Assembly: GCA_963804995.1 (NCBI GenBank)
Contig: CAWDSK010000005.1
Location: 1,024,001-1,088,000 of the forward strand
Direction of reading: 5' to 3'
DNA from: an uncultured Acidobacteriota bacterium
Lineage (GTDB): Bacteria; Acidobacteriota; Terriglobia; UBA7540
Length of the DNA: 64,000 bases
This document shows, piece after piece, positions 19,574 through 29,507 of the stretch. The notes beneath the pieces were generated by a model that was not told the DNA's origin, did no database searches, and was given only the letters and a program-made list of their open reading frames with translations. The translations under genes and the position numbers were made by a program. How positions within the stretch are numbered: the stretch's first letter is position 1; every line of letters starts with the position of its first letter.

Positions 19574-22403
19574 ATGCAGATGAACCCGTCACGTATCGGC
19601 GCGAGTGAGTCCGAAACCCATCAGCTATCGGGGTCGCTGCGCCTAATCGATCTCCAACACTACGGGCTTGCGGTTCTCTCCGTCGGTCTCGCATTGGGGA
19701 CGTCGCTACTCCTTCAGCATTTCCAATTCCGCGACGCCGGGGTTCCCTTGCTGCTCTTTGCTGTTGCCATAAGTTCCTGGTATGGAGGGCCAGGACCTGC
19801 GGTAGTGGCGGCCATCCTGTCCATGATCAGCTTTTACTGGTACTTCGTGGAGCCGGTCCGCACCATCTACATCTACCCTTCCGAAATCCCTTATTTCATC
19901 ATTTTTGCAGCATTCGCGGCTCTCATCTCGTGGTTCGCGACGATTCGGCGCCGAGCCGAAGCAGTTCTGCGGGAGCAGGCCGATCTCCTCAATCTCACGC
20001 ACGACACCGTTTTTGTGATGGATATGGAGGGGGTGATCACGTACTGGAATCGAGGCGCGGAGGAGCGGTACGGCTGCACCGCGGAGCAAGCGGTGGGCAG
20101 AGATGTTCACGACCTGCTGAAGACCGTCTTCCCGGCCCCGCTAGAGCAAATCAAAGCGGAAGTGACGCGTACCGGTCGCTGGGAAGGCGAGCTTGTGCAT
20201 ACCCGAAAGTACGGAACCCAGGTGGTGGTGGCGAGCCGTTGGGTTTTGCAGCGGGACAAGAGGGGCGTGCCGGTTGCAATCTTGGAGACCAACAACGACA
20301 TCACGGAGCGCAAGCGGGTGGAGGAGGCGTTGTGTCGTTTGAATCGCGAACTGCGAGCCATCAGCAACTGTAACCAGACTCTCCTGCGCGCCACCGACGA
20401 GCAGAGCTTGCTCCAGGAAATCTGCCGGATCGTCTGCGAGGAGGCCGGCTACCGCGTGGCGTGGGTGGGCTATGCCGAACACAATGAAGCCAAAAGCGTG
20501 CGCCCTGCCGCGTGGACCGGAACCGAGGAGGGATATCTTGCAAACCTCGGCATCACTTGGGCCGAGACGGAGCGCGGGCGCGGCATCATCGGAACGGCCA
20601 TCCGGAGCGGGAAAACCTGTTGCGTTAAGGATTACGCAACGGATTCTGAAGTCGCGCCCTGGCGGGACAGCGCTTTGCAGCACGGTTTTCGTTCCGCCAT
20701 CGCCCTGCTGCTCAAGGATGAACACGCTAACGCCTTCGGCAGTCTTAACATTTATTCCGCCCAGCCCAACATTTTTACGTCGGAAGAGATTCGGCTGCTG
20801 GAGGAACTGGCTGCCGACTTGGCGTTCGGCATTGTCACCCTGCGTTCCCGGGCCGCACGCAAGCGTGCCGAGGAAGACCTGCGGGCCAGCGAAGGCTATC
20901 TGGCGGAAGCGGAAAGGCTGACCCACGCAGGAAGTTGGGTTTTGGACTTGGCCAGCGAGAAGTACGTGTACGTTTCGGAGGAAGACTTCCGAATTTGGGG
21001 ATTCGATCCGCAAGGGGGTTTACCGACAGGGGAAGCAGTTTTCCTACGAATCCACCCGGAGGATCGGAACACGTGGAAGGGGAACTTTGAGAGGGCACTG
21101 CGCGAAAAAGTGGATAGCTTCGACGAGTACAGGATTGTGTTGCCCGACGGAACGATCAAGCATATTCACACAATCCGGCACCCTGTCCTGAATAGCGCGG
21201 GAGATGTCGTTAAACTGGTCGGAACCTCGATCGATATTACGGAACGCAAGCATGCCGAGGAAGCGCTGCGCGAGAGCGAGATGCGCTTCCGCACATTCGT
21301 GGACCACGCGGCGGATGCCTTCTTCATCCAGGACTTCGAGCAAGGAACCATAGTTGATGTGAACCGGAGCGCTTGCGAGAGCCTTGGTTACACCCGGCAG
21401 GAGCTGATCGGGATGACCCCGCTGGCCTTCGACGTGAATCTGGATCAAGCGACCCTCGAATCCGTCGCGGAGCGGACGGCGGCGGGCGAGACCGTGTTGT
21501 TCGACCGACATTGGCATCGGCGCAAGGACGGATCGATGTTCCCGGTGGAAGTTCAGACCAGCCTCATCTGGTATGGCGGGCGTCGCTTCCTGCTGAAGGT
21601 TGGCCGGGACATCAGTGACCGCTTGCGGGCCGAAGAACAGCGCGACAGGCTGCGACAAGCTCGAGGCAGATCTCGCGCATATCAACCGGGTCAGTATATT
21701 GGGGGAACTGGCTGCCTCGATCGCGCATGAAGTCAACCAGCCGCTTTCGGGCGTGGTGAGTAACGGCAGCGCTTGCCTGCGCTGGCTGGCCGGAGATGCG
21801 CCTAACGTGGAGGAAGCCCGGGAAGCCGCGCGCCGGATCGTCCGCGACGGGAAGCGAGCCGCGGAAGTGATCGCCCGGATTCGGGCCTTGACAAAAAGAG
21901 CTGTCACGCCCAGAGAGAAGTTGGATCTGAATGAAACAATTCGGGAGGTCCTCCCCCTCGTTGGGGACGAAGCGAAGAGGAACAGCGTGATCATCCAAAC
22001 GCAGCTTGCGGATGACCTTTCACATGTTTCAGGCGATCGGGTGGAGTTGCAGCAGTTGGTGCTCAACTTGGTCATGAATGCCATCGAGGCGATGAGCAGT
22101 ATAGGTGAGCGGGCGCGAGAACTGGCGATCACCACCCGAAACGTTGACGCGGACCAGGTGCAGGTGAGCGTTGAAGACTCGGGGATAGGTCTTGATCCGA
22201 ACACGATACAAAGGATTTTTGACCCTTTCTACACCACAAAGCCTGGCGGCATGGGCATGGGACTTTCCATTAGCCGTTCCATTCTTTAGGCCCATGGAGG
22301 CCGGCTATGGGCTACGGCCAAGGAGGGTTCAGGCACAATCTTCAATTTTACGCTTCCGAAGTACCACGAAGAAGAATCCAATGCGGGAATCGCGGCAGTC
22401 TAA
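19574..22403 (+). pseudogene. Sensor histidine kinase (DUF4118-PAS-GAF-PAS-PAS-HisKA-HATPase), disrupted
   Basis: Frameshift near 21655 before the H-box (SIAHEVNQPL); in-frame TAG at 22287-22289 inside HATPase, after which AHGGRLWA..GTIFNFTLP continues. Confidence 0.85.
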
Positions 22404-23018
22404 GGCAGTTATCGCGATCGTGGACGACGACCCCTCGGTTCGCGAGGGTCTGAGAGTCTGATCCGGTTTGCTGGGTGGAGAGTTGAAACGTTTGCGTCCG
22501 CGCAGGAATTCCTGGCCCGCCCTCGGGCTGAGGCGCCAAGTTGTTTGATATTGGACTTGCAACTGCCGGGGCTGAGCGGGCTCGATTTGCAGAAGCGGAT
22601 GGCCGAGGTCGGGCTGGAGATCCCTATCGCTTTCCTTACAGGCCATGGCAATATTCCCGCTTCCGTGCAGGCCATGAAAGCGGGGGCGTTGGAGTTTCTG
22701 ACCAAGCCGTTTGATGAGGAAGATCTCCTGCAGGCAATTCGGCAGGCTATAGAACGTGATCGGCTTACGCGTCAGCGGCACGCGGAGATGTGTGAGTTGC
22801 AACGTCGCTATGAGGCGCTCACCGCGCGCGAGCGGGAAGTCATGCAGCAGGTGGTTTCCGGTCTCCTGAATAAGCAAGTTGCGGCCGAACTGAAGATAAG
22901 CGAGTTTACGGTTAAGGTTCATCGCGGGCAGGTGATGCGCAAAATGCGCGCCGATTCGTTGGCGGACCTCGTGAGAATGGCGGACAAGTTGGGCGTTCGG
23001 TCTCGTAAAATGTCCTGA
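22381..23018 (+). pseudogene. FixJ/NodW-like response regulator (REC + LuxR HTH), frameshifted
   Basis: AIVDDDPSVRE in one frame; LILDLQLPG, FLTKPF and LTAREREV...HRGQVMRKM in another; shift near 22452. Confidence 0.85.
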
Positions 23019-23047
23019 AGACAGCCAAGGCCCCACGCCTGTAGACC

Positions 23048-23063
23048 TTATACTAAGGTGTAA
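23048..23063. promoter_or_regulatory. Imperfect 16-bp palindrome, candidate response-regulator box
   Basis: TTATACTAAGGTGTAA between the FixJ-like gene and the receiver/activator genes. Confidence 0.4.
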
Positions 23064-23108
23064 TTGATTTTCTTTTCCACCGCTGCTATTGAACAGTGAG
23101 GAGGACCG

Positions 23109-23492
23109 ATGCTCCCTCATATCGCAGTGGTGGATGATGACATTTCGGTGCGGGAATCGCTTGAGAGCTTAATCAGGTCCGTCGGTATGGCAGTGACAGT
23201 GTACGTCTCGGCGGAGGATTTCTTGAGCTCGGGCCATCCGAACAGGCTGGACTGTCTGATATTGGACGTGCGCATGCCGGGAATGAGCGGGATCGAACTC
23301 CACCGTCACCTGCTGGCCAGCAACTATAAAGTGCCGATGATCTTCGTTACGGCGCACGGGTCTGACGACCGAGCAAGGTCAGAAGCTTCCTCGGATTGGA
23401 CCGTCGCCTATTTGACTAAGCCATTCAATGACGATGAATTGCTTGATTCCGTCCACGCGGGTTTGAGATTGAAATCGAGCACTCAAGCATAG
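23109..23492 (+). CDS. Single-domain response regulator
   Basis: VVDDD, LILDVRMPG, FVTA, YLTKPF. Confidence 0.92.
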   Translation: MLPHIAVVDDDISVRESLESLIRSVGMAVTVYVSAEDFLSSGHPNRLDCLILDVRMPGMSGIELHRHLLASNYKVPMIFVTAHGSDDRARSEASSDWTVAYLTKPFNDDELLDSVHAGLRLKSSTQA

Positions 23493-23514
23493 CAGCCAAC
23501 CAAGGAGGTTCCCC

Positions 23515-24936
23515 ATGAGTGAGATGGGAGCTTTGGGTTACGTGGTGGATGACGATCCGTCCGCGCGCGAAGGCGTGGCAGGTTTGCTTCGCTCCGCCGG
23601 ACTGAAGACAAGAACCTTTGCGTCCGGGCAGGAGTTCCTGGCTACTGCTCGACCAGAAGTACCGAGTTGTTTGGTGCTGGATGTGAATCTGCCCGGGCTT
23701 AGCGGACTCGACGTGCAAGAGGAGCTGGCCAAATCGGGTGCTCAGATCCCGATTATCTTTCTCACGGGCCACGGCGACATCCCCATGACAGTGCGCGCGG
23801 TCAAAGCCGGTGCCGTGGACTTTTTGACGAAGCCCTTCGACGATGAAGACTTGCTGAATGCCGTCCGGCAATGTCTCTTTGGGTGCCGGTATTGGGCCAC
23901 GGAGAAAGCGGAACATACGCCCGCGCACCGCCTGAGAGACGAAGTTCCTTCGAAAGAAGCCATCGCGCGCATAGCGGATTTTGAGGGAATCATAGGGCAG
24001 AGTGCAGCCTTACAGGAAGTGCTGCGACTCGTCGACATGGTGGCAGCCAGCGAATCAACCGTGCTCCTGTTGGGGGAGACGGGCAGCGGCAAGGAGCTGA
24101 TCGCGCACGCCCTCCACAATTGCAGCCCCCGCAGGCAACGGGCATTCGTCAAGCTCAACTGCGCTGCCATTCCCACTGCACTGCTGGAGAGCGAGTTTTT
24201 TGGGCACGAGCGCGGCGCTTTCACGGGGGCGATGACTCAGAAGATTGGGCGGCTGGAACTGGCAAACCACGGTTCATTGTTTTTGGACGAAATCGGCGAT
24301 ATCCCACTGGATCTGCAGCCGAAACTTCTGCGCGTGTTGCAGGAGCGGGAATTCGAGCGCCTGGGCAGCACGCAAACGAGGAAAGTCGACGTTCGAGTTG
24401 TGGCTGCGACCCATTGTGCCCTGGAAGAAATGGTTGTCCAGAAACAATTCCGCCTGGATCTTTACTACCGACTGAACGTCTTCCCGATCTCTGTTCCTCC
24501 CTTGCGCGAACGCCGGGAAGACATTCCCCTGCTGGTTCGGCATTTCGTCCAGCAGTTCGCCCGGAGGATGCACAAGACCATTGGCGCGATTTCCTCCAAG
24601 ACGATGGAGGCGCTGGTACACTACCCCTGGCCCGGAAATGTCCGGGAGCTGCAAAATGTAATCGAACGCGCAGTGGTTGTGCACGAAAAAGGGGAGCTTT
24701 CGGTCGACAAGGATTGGCTGGCTCACGAATGCTTCCTCACCGAACCGGCCCCGCGATCGCCTTTCAGAAGGTCGGCGACAGACGAACGGGAAATTATCGG
24801 TGCGGCCTTAGCCGAGGCACACGGTCGGGTGTCGGGGCCGTCGGGTGCGGCCGCCAAACTCGGCATTCCCGCCTCAACTCTGGAATCGAAGATCCGAGCG
24901 ATGAAGATCAACAAGTACTGCTTCAAGGCCGCCTAA
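23515..24936 (+). CDS. Sigma-54-dependent activator (REC + AAA+ + Fis-type HTH, FhlA-like C-terminus)
   Basis: GETGSGKE, GAFTGA, LFLDEIG, WPGNVRELQN, GAAAKLGIPASTLESK. Confidence 0.95.
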   Translation: MSEMGALGYVVDDDPSAREGVAGLLRSAGLKTRTFASGQEFLATARPEVPSCLVLDVNLPGLSGLDVQEELAKSGAQIPIIFLTGHGDIPMTVRAVKAGAVDFLTKPFDDEDLLNAVRQCLFGCRYWATEKAEHTPAHRLRDEVPSKEAIARIADFEGIIGQSAALQEVLRLVDMVAASESTVLLLGETGSGKELIAHALHNCSPRRQRAFVKLNCAAIPTALLESEFFGHERGAFTGAMTQKIGRLELANHGSLFLDEIGDIPLDLQPKLLRVLQEREFERLGSTQTRKVDVRVVAATHCALEEMVVQKQFRLDLYYRLNVFPISVPPLRERREDIPLLVRHFVQQFARRMHKTIGAISSKTMEALVHYPWPGNVRELQNVIERAVVVHEKGELSVDKDWLAHECFLTEPAPRSPFRRSATDEREIIGAALAEAHGRVSGPSGAAAKLGIPASTLESKIRAMKINKYCFKAA

Positions 24937-25687
24937 CGCCCTGAGTCGAAAATTTGTCGTCGAGTTCAGTCGGGACCTACCCGACCAGTGCCGTTTCCTT
25001 CCTGGCTGATGCTAGTTGCACTTCTGACGTCAACAACGAACACCCAGTCCAATGCAGAGGCACGGGCACTCCCCATTGTCGGTTCAGCCAACCACGTAAT
25101 ACGAGTTGGCTTTCATTCCGCGAGATTCCCTTTGAGAGGCAGTTCGCAGGTTGCGGTGAGCCCGTAGCCCTTCAGGTCGGCCCGACGGCGCCGAAAGCGG
25201 TATCCTCTTGCGGATTCCGTTTTTCCTCACCCATCTTGCCTTTATTCCAAACAACTTGTACTGAGCGTTGCGGTACGCAGCCTCCGCTGGGCTCAAAGGG
25301 GAGCAGGCGATGCAGCGGGTGGTGCAGAGACCGTAGAGCATCAGGTTTGCCTTCCTACAGTGGAAACTCAACAACGTCGTTGGCCTGCTAGCGCAAATCC
25401 TCAATTTGTTCTTGCTGGGTTTGCTCATCTTCTTTTCCCTGACCATCAACGTCGGACGCGACGCTTGCTAACGTCTCTTCGAAACGTTGACGCGCATCAA
25501 TCTTTTCTAGGATTTCGTCGCCAGTGTCACCGTGCTGAAGTCCGTTCGTCATGTTGCACCAGGAAGCAAAACGGTCGAGTCCAACATACATTTGGGCAAC
25601 GCACGTTCCAAAGCGCAGGAGAGCTGTAAGTAACTGATTCAACAAGCTGCCAGGGACGGGGGCGAGACGAAGTGTCGGAATGACGCT

Positions 25688-25780
25688 TTCACGAGCTTCG
25701 CGAATTCGCGAAATGACCGGGATTTCGTGATGCATGAGTTCCCGTGTTTTCAGCGGCTTACCAATGGCACTTACGTTGCA
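25688..25780 (+). promoter_or_regulatory. Sigma-54 promoter module 1 (UAS + IHF-like site + -24/-12)
   Basis: TTCACGAG-C-TTCGCGAA-TTCGCGAA at 25688-25712; TGGCAC-ttacg-TTGCA at 25765-25780. Confidence 0.85.
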
Positions 25781-25820
25781 CTATTGAGGACGAGGAGATG
25801 CCGGATCGAGGAGAAAAGCC

Positions 25821-26195
25821 TTGACAGCCACAGAGTCTACCACTACCCAAGATTTAACGATCGACGTCACCCATAGTGAGGGGAGAGCACTCGTTTGCTT
25901 GGGCGGACGGGTCACGGTTGACTCTTCGCCCGACCTACGCCAACAGCTCCATGCGGTACTCAAACGGCAGTTCCTGCCGGCGCTCACGATTGACTTGGCG
26001 GATTTGACTTACATCGACTGCTCGGGGGTTGCAACGCTCATCGAAGCGCTCCGGATCGCGCGCAGCCGCAAGACCCAATTGCAGTTGCGAGGGGTGCGCG
26101 ATGGGCCTCGCCATTTGCTTGAGGCCACGGGGCTTTTGCATCTCTTCGACACAAATGGGGACACGGATCATTCCTCCGTCCCAAAGGTGCCTTGA
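25821..26195 (+). CDS. STAS-domain protein (MlaB/anti-anti-sigma-like)
   Basis: IDLADLTYIDCSGVATL STAS motif; first gene of the Mla-like operon. Confidence 0.85.
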   Translation: MTATESTTTQDLTIDVTHSEGRALVCLGGRVTVDSSPDLRQQLHAVLKRQFLPALTIDLADLTYIDCSGVATLIEALRIARSRKTQLQLRGVRDGPRHLLEATGLLHLFDTNGDTDHSSVPKVP

Positions 26196-26998
26196 TGGCG
26201 AAATTCGTCGAAAGCGTCGGAAAAGATACGCTTAAACGCCTGGACTATATCGGCGGCCTGAGTATTGGACTATGGGCCGCGGTTCGCGCGCTGGGCACAA
26301 CACTGCCTGTCACTGGAAACCGCTATCGCTGGAAAGCTTCCGTAGTTCAAATGCTCGAAATTGGCGTCGAGGCGATCCCTATGGTGGGACTCATGGCGAT
26401 GTGCTGCGGCTTCATCCTCGCCATGCAAGGGGGCTCGGAGTTGCGCCGGTTTGGCGCAATGAGTCTCGTGATCGACCTCGTGGCCGTCGGTTTCACGCGA
26501 GAAATAGGCCCGCTCCTCACGGCCATTGCGGTCAGCGGGAGGTCGGGTGCCGCCATCTCCGCCGAGATCGGGACCATGGTGGTGACCAAAGAGATCGACA
26601 CCCTCAAAGTGATGGCCTTCGAACCGATCGAATTCGTGGTAGCGCCGAAGCTGCTGGGCGCGCTCATCGCCGTGCCTTGCCTTACGGTCGTTTGCAACGT
26701 CTGCGGCATTTTTGCGGGTTGGATCTTCATGTTCTTCAGCACCCATCTGGGTCTGAAGCTCTATATGCATGAGGTGCTCGAATCGCTGGTATTACGCGAT
26801 GTGGTCAGCGGGCTCATCAAGAGCATTGCGTTCGCCGCCATCATCGTCCTCGTGGGTTGTTTGGAAGGATTCCAGGTGCGCGGGGGGCCGGAAGCGGTGG
26901 GCCGGTCGACGACCGCCGCGGTGGTGAAGTCGACCTTCCTGGTGATTGTCGCAGATATGTTCTTCACCGCGATTTTCTACTTTACCGGGAAACACTGA
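26195..26998 (+). CDS. mlaE: MlaE-family ABC permease
   Basis: REIGPLLTAIAVSGRSGAAISAEIGTM, GPEAVGRSTTAAVV. Confidence 0.9.
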   Translation: MAKFVESVGKDTLKRLDYIGGLSIGLWAAVRALGTTLPVTGNRYRWKASVVQMLEIGVEAIPMVGLMAMCCGFILAMQGGSELRRFGAMSLVIDLVAVGFTREIGPLLTAIAVSGRSGAAISAEIGTMVVTKEIDTLKVMAFEPIEFVVAPKLLGALIAVPCLTVVCNVCGIFAGWIFMFFSTHLGLKLYMHEVLESLVLRDVVSGLIKSIAFAAIIVLVGCLEGFQVRGGPEAVGRSTTAAVVKSTFLVIVADMFFTAIFYFTGKH

Positions 26999-27801
26999 TG
27001 TCGATTATCTCGGTTCGCAATCTCGTGGTGGAGTACGGCGGACGCCGGGTGCTGGATGGGCTCCGCCTGGACGTCGAGCCCGGCGAAACGATGGTGTTGC
27101 TCGGGGGCAGCGGGGCGGGCAAGACCACGCTGTTGCGTAACCTGCTGGGGCTCGAGCGCCCGCAATCGGGCAGCGTGGTGGTGAAAGGGGTTGATATCAC
27201 GCGCTGTTCGCCCACGGAACTTAAGCGCGTCCGGCGCTCGATGGGCGTCTCCTTCCAGAGTGCAGCATTGTTCAACTCCCTGACGGTTGAGGACAACGTC
27301 GCATTGGCTCTGCGCGAGCATACGTCACTTGCCCCCTCCATCATCGAGTTGGACGTCTGGATGAAGTTGGCCGCCGTGGGACTGGCAGATTGCGGCAAGC
27401 TCTACCCACAGGAACTGTCCGGCGGCATGAGAAAGCGCGCGTCGGTGGCGCGTGCCCTGGCCCTCGATCCTGAAATCCTGGTGTTTGATGAACCCTCCGC
27501 CGGCCTCGATCCGATTGTGGCGGCGGAGTTGGATGAGCTCATTCTGCTCCTGAAGGAGGCATTCCAGATGACGGTCGTGGTGGTAACTCATGAGCTGCCG
27601 AGCGCCTTCCGAATCGCAGACCGCATCGCCATGCTCTACCAGGGATCGTTTCTCGCGGTAGGAAGGAAAGAAGAGATTAGGGTGAGTCAAGATCCTCACA
27701 TCCGCCAGTTTCTTGATCGCGTGCCCGATACCTTCAAGCCCGCCCACGTGGTGGAATCCTTCTTCGAAAAATACTTGAGCTCTCCGGAGGTGGCGCAGTG
27801 A
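26998..27801 (+). CDS. mlaF: MlaF/Mkl-family ABC ATPase
   Basis: GGSGAGKTT, FQSAALFNSL, LSGGMRKR, DEPSAGLDP; ATG overlaps the mlaE stop. Confidence 0.9.
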   Translation: MSIISVRNLVVEYGGRRVLDGLRLDVEPGETMVLLGGSGAGKTTLLRNLLGLERPQSGSVVVKGVDITRCSPTELKRVRRSMGVSFQSAALFNSLTVEDNVALALREHTSLAPSIIELDVWMKLAAVGLADCGKLYPQELSGGMRKRASVARALALDPEILVFDEPSAGLDPIVAAELDELILLLKEAFQMTVVVVTHELPSAFRIADRIAMLYQGSFLAVGRKEEIRVSQDPHIRQFLDRVPDTFKPAHVVESFFEKYLSSPEVAQ

Positions 27802-28763
27802 CGACAGAAGCCAAGGTCGGAATCTTCGTTCTCGCTTCTCTGGCGCTCCTGGCGTATACGCTTATCCACTTGGTGAACGCGGAGTTCCGAGGCGGGGGCG
27901 TGCCCTATCGCACGTACTTGGGCTATGCCGGGGGACTTGAAGCCGGTAACGATGTGCTGTTCGCAGGCATCACGGCGGGCAAAGTCACGGCGGTGAGGCC
28001 CTGGGCGGCGGATCCGACCCGTATCGAGATTCTTTTGCAACTTAAAAAGGAAATACCTGTGAACGAGAAGTCCGTAGCGAAGCTCGGCTCCATCAGCTTC
28101 ATGAGCGACCCGGCCCTGATGATTAGCCCCGGTAGCAATAAGGTACCCCGGCTCCACGCTGGAGCAGTCATCCCCTCGGCGGAGTCGCCCAGCATGGATG
28201 AACTCACCGGCGAAATAGCTACCGTGGCGGACAACGCCAATGGCCTGATTACGCAGGCCAAGGGGGAGTTGGGCGGAATCAGCGCCGACGCGCGAACACT
28301 CCTTGCCAATCTAAACTCCTTGACTGGCCGGACTAACCAAAAACAGATTGAAACCTTATTAAAGCAAACGAACGGACTCTTGGCCGACGAGCGGCCGAAG
28401 ATCGACCGCATCGCTGACCAAATGTTAGCACTGACGCAGCATGCGGATGCGGTGATGGCGAAGGTTGGGCCGGTGGTCGATCATGCCGACGGCGCCATTC
28501 AGAACGCCAATGCCACCGTCGGCGATCTGCACGAGCCCCTCCGCAAGGATCTTGAGGAGCTTCAGAGCACGTTGAACGAGGCCAGGAGCCTGCTCGCAAC
28601 CATGCAGGTCATCGTCAGGGCCAACGATAATAAACTCGATGACACGGTTGAAAATCTGCGCATCGCTACGGAGAACCTGGACCAACTGACGGATTCGCTC
28701 AAGCAGCGGCCGTGGAGCCTGATTCGTATTAAACAGGACAAGGACCGCAAAGTGCCGCAATAG
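27798..28763 (+). CDS. MCE/MlaD-family protein with long helical C-terminus
   Basis: EAKVGIFV TM anchor; AGGLEAGNDVLFAGITAGKV MCE motif; PWSLI C-terminus. Confidence 0.9.
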   Translation: MTTEAKVGIFVLASLALLAYTLIHLVNAEFRGGGVPYRTYLGYAGGLEAGNDVLFAGITAGKVTAVRPWAADPTRIEILLQLKKEIPVNEKSVAKLGSISFMSDPALMISPGSNKVPRLHAGAVIPSAESPSMDELTGEIATVADNANGLITQAKGELGGISADARTLLANLNSLTGRTNQKQIETLLKQTNGLLADERPKIDRIADQMLALTQHADAVMAKVGPVVDHADGAIQNANATVGDLHEPLRKDLEELQSTLNEARSLLATMQVIVRANDNKLDDTVENLRIATENLDQLTDSLKQRPWSLIRIKQDKDRKVPQ

Positions 28764-28775
28764 GGGAAGCCAAAT

Positions 28776-29405
28776 ATGACTAGACGCCTGACCGCAACTC
28801 TTGCCACGCTCACAATTTCCGCCTGCCTGATTGGCTGCGTCAATAGGACCAGGTTTCCAGCCTATTACACACTGCATGTGCCTCCGGCCATTGACGTGCC
28901 CATCGCGGGAGGAACCCGCTCATCCCTGGCGGTACGTGAATTCCGTTCGCCGGCGTACCTCTGCCAAGGCGCCATTGTCTACCGCACGTCGCCGGAACAG
29001 ATTGGCTTTTATCAGTATCACCGCTGGGCAGTTGACCCGCGCGAGTTTGTGACCAACGCCGTCATCGACCGCCTGCGTGCGACCGGCAGATTCGCCGAGG
29101 TGAGGGCCTACGACGGGCGTTCAGACGTCGATTTCGTCCTCAACGGACGCCTGGAGAAGCTCGAGGAGGAGGACTATGAAGGCGGCGTCAGGGTAGAAGT
29201 CGCGCTTTCCGCGGAGATCACGGACTCGCGTGCCGGTAAGACAGTTTGGACCAACGCCGCGTCAGAGAGCGTGCGGGTAGACAAGCGAAACATACAGGCA
29301 GTGGTAGCCGAGATGAGCCAGGCAATGGACCGCGCGATCCAGAAGCTGGTGGCATCGCTTACAGTTTCCCCTACATCCAGCCTTAATCCTTCCCTCCAGA
29401 AATGA
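28776..29405 (+). CDS. ABC transport auxiliary lipoprotein (PqiC-like)
   Basis: LIGC lipobox; YYTL; YHRWAVDP. Confidence 0.85.
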   Translation: MTRRLTATLATLTISACLIGCVNRTRFPAYYTLHVPPAIDVPIAGGTRSSLAVREFRSPAYLCQGAIVYRTSPEQIGFYQYHRWAVDPREFVTNAVIDRLRATGRFAEVRAYDGRSDVDFVLNGRLEKLEEEDYEGGVRVEVALSAEITDSRAGKTVWTNAASESVRVDKRNIQAVVAEMSQAMDRAIQKLVASLTVSPTSSLNPSLQK

Positions 29406-29471
29406 CCCTCCACCCGGCCCGCTCCGGCCATCAAAGCGCCGGGCGGGCCCCTCTCTCCAGAGCAAGGGCTG
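29403..29471 (-). repeat. Degenerate inverted copy of the 4.55/17.6 kb repeat
   Basis: Reverse complement resembles CAGCCCTCTCC..GAGAGGG..CCGGCGCTTT..GCGGG..GGGTCA. Confidence 0.55.
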
Positions 29472-29507
29472 AAAACATAGGTGATGGCCCCCCCTTAGGC
29501 AGCTTAG

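Noticed and set aside
24954..25735. Short ORFs between the activator and the STAS gene
   Set aside because: No recognisable motifs or RBS; possibly a decayed minus-strand gene, but I cannot support a call
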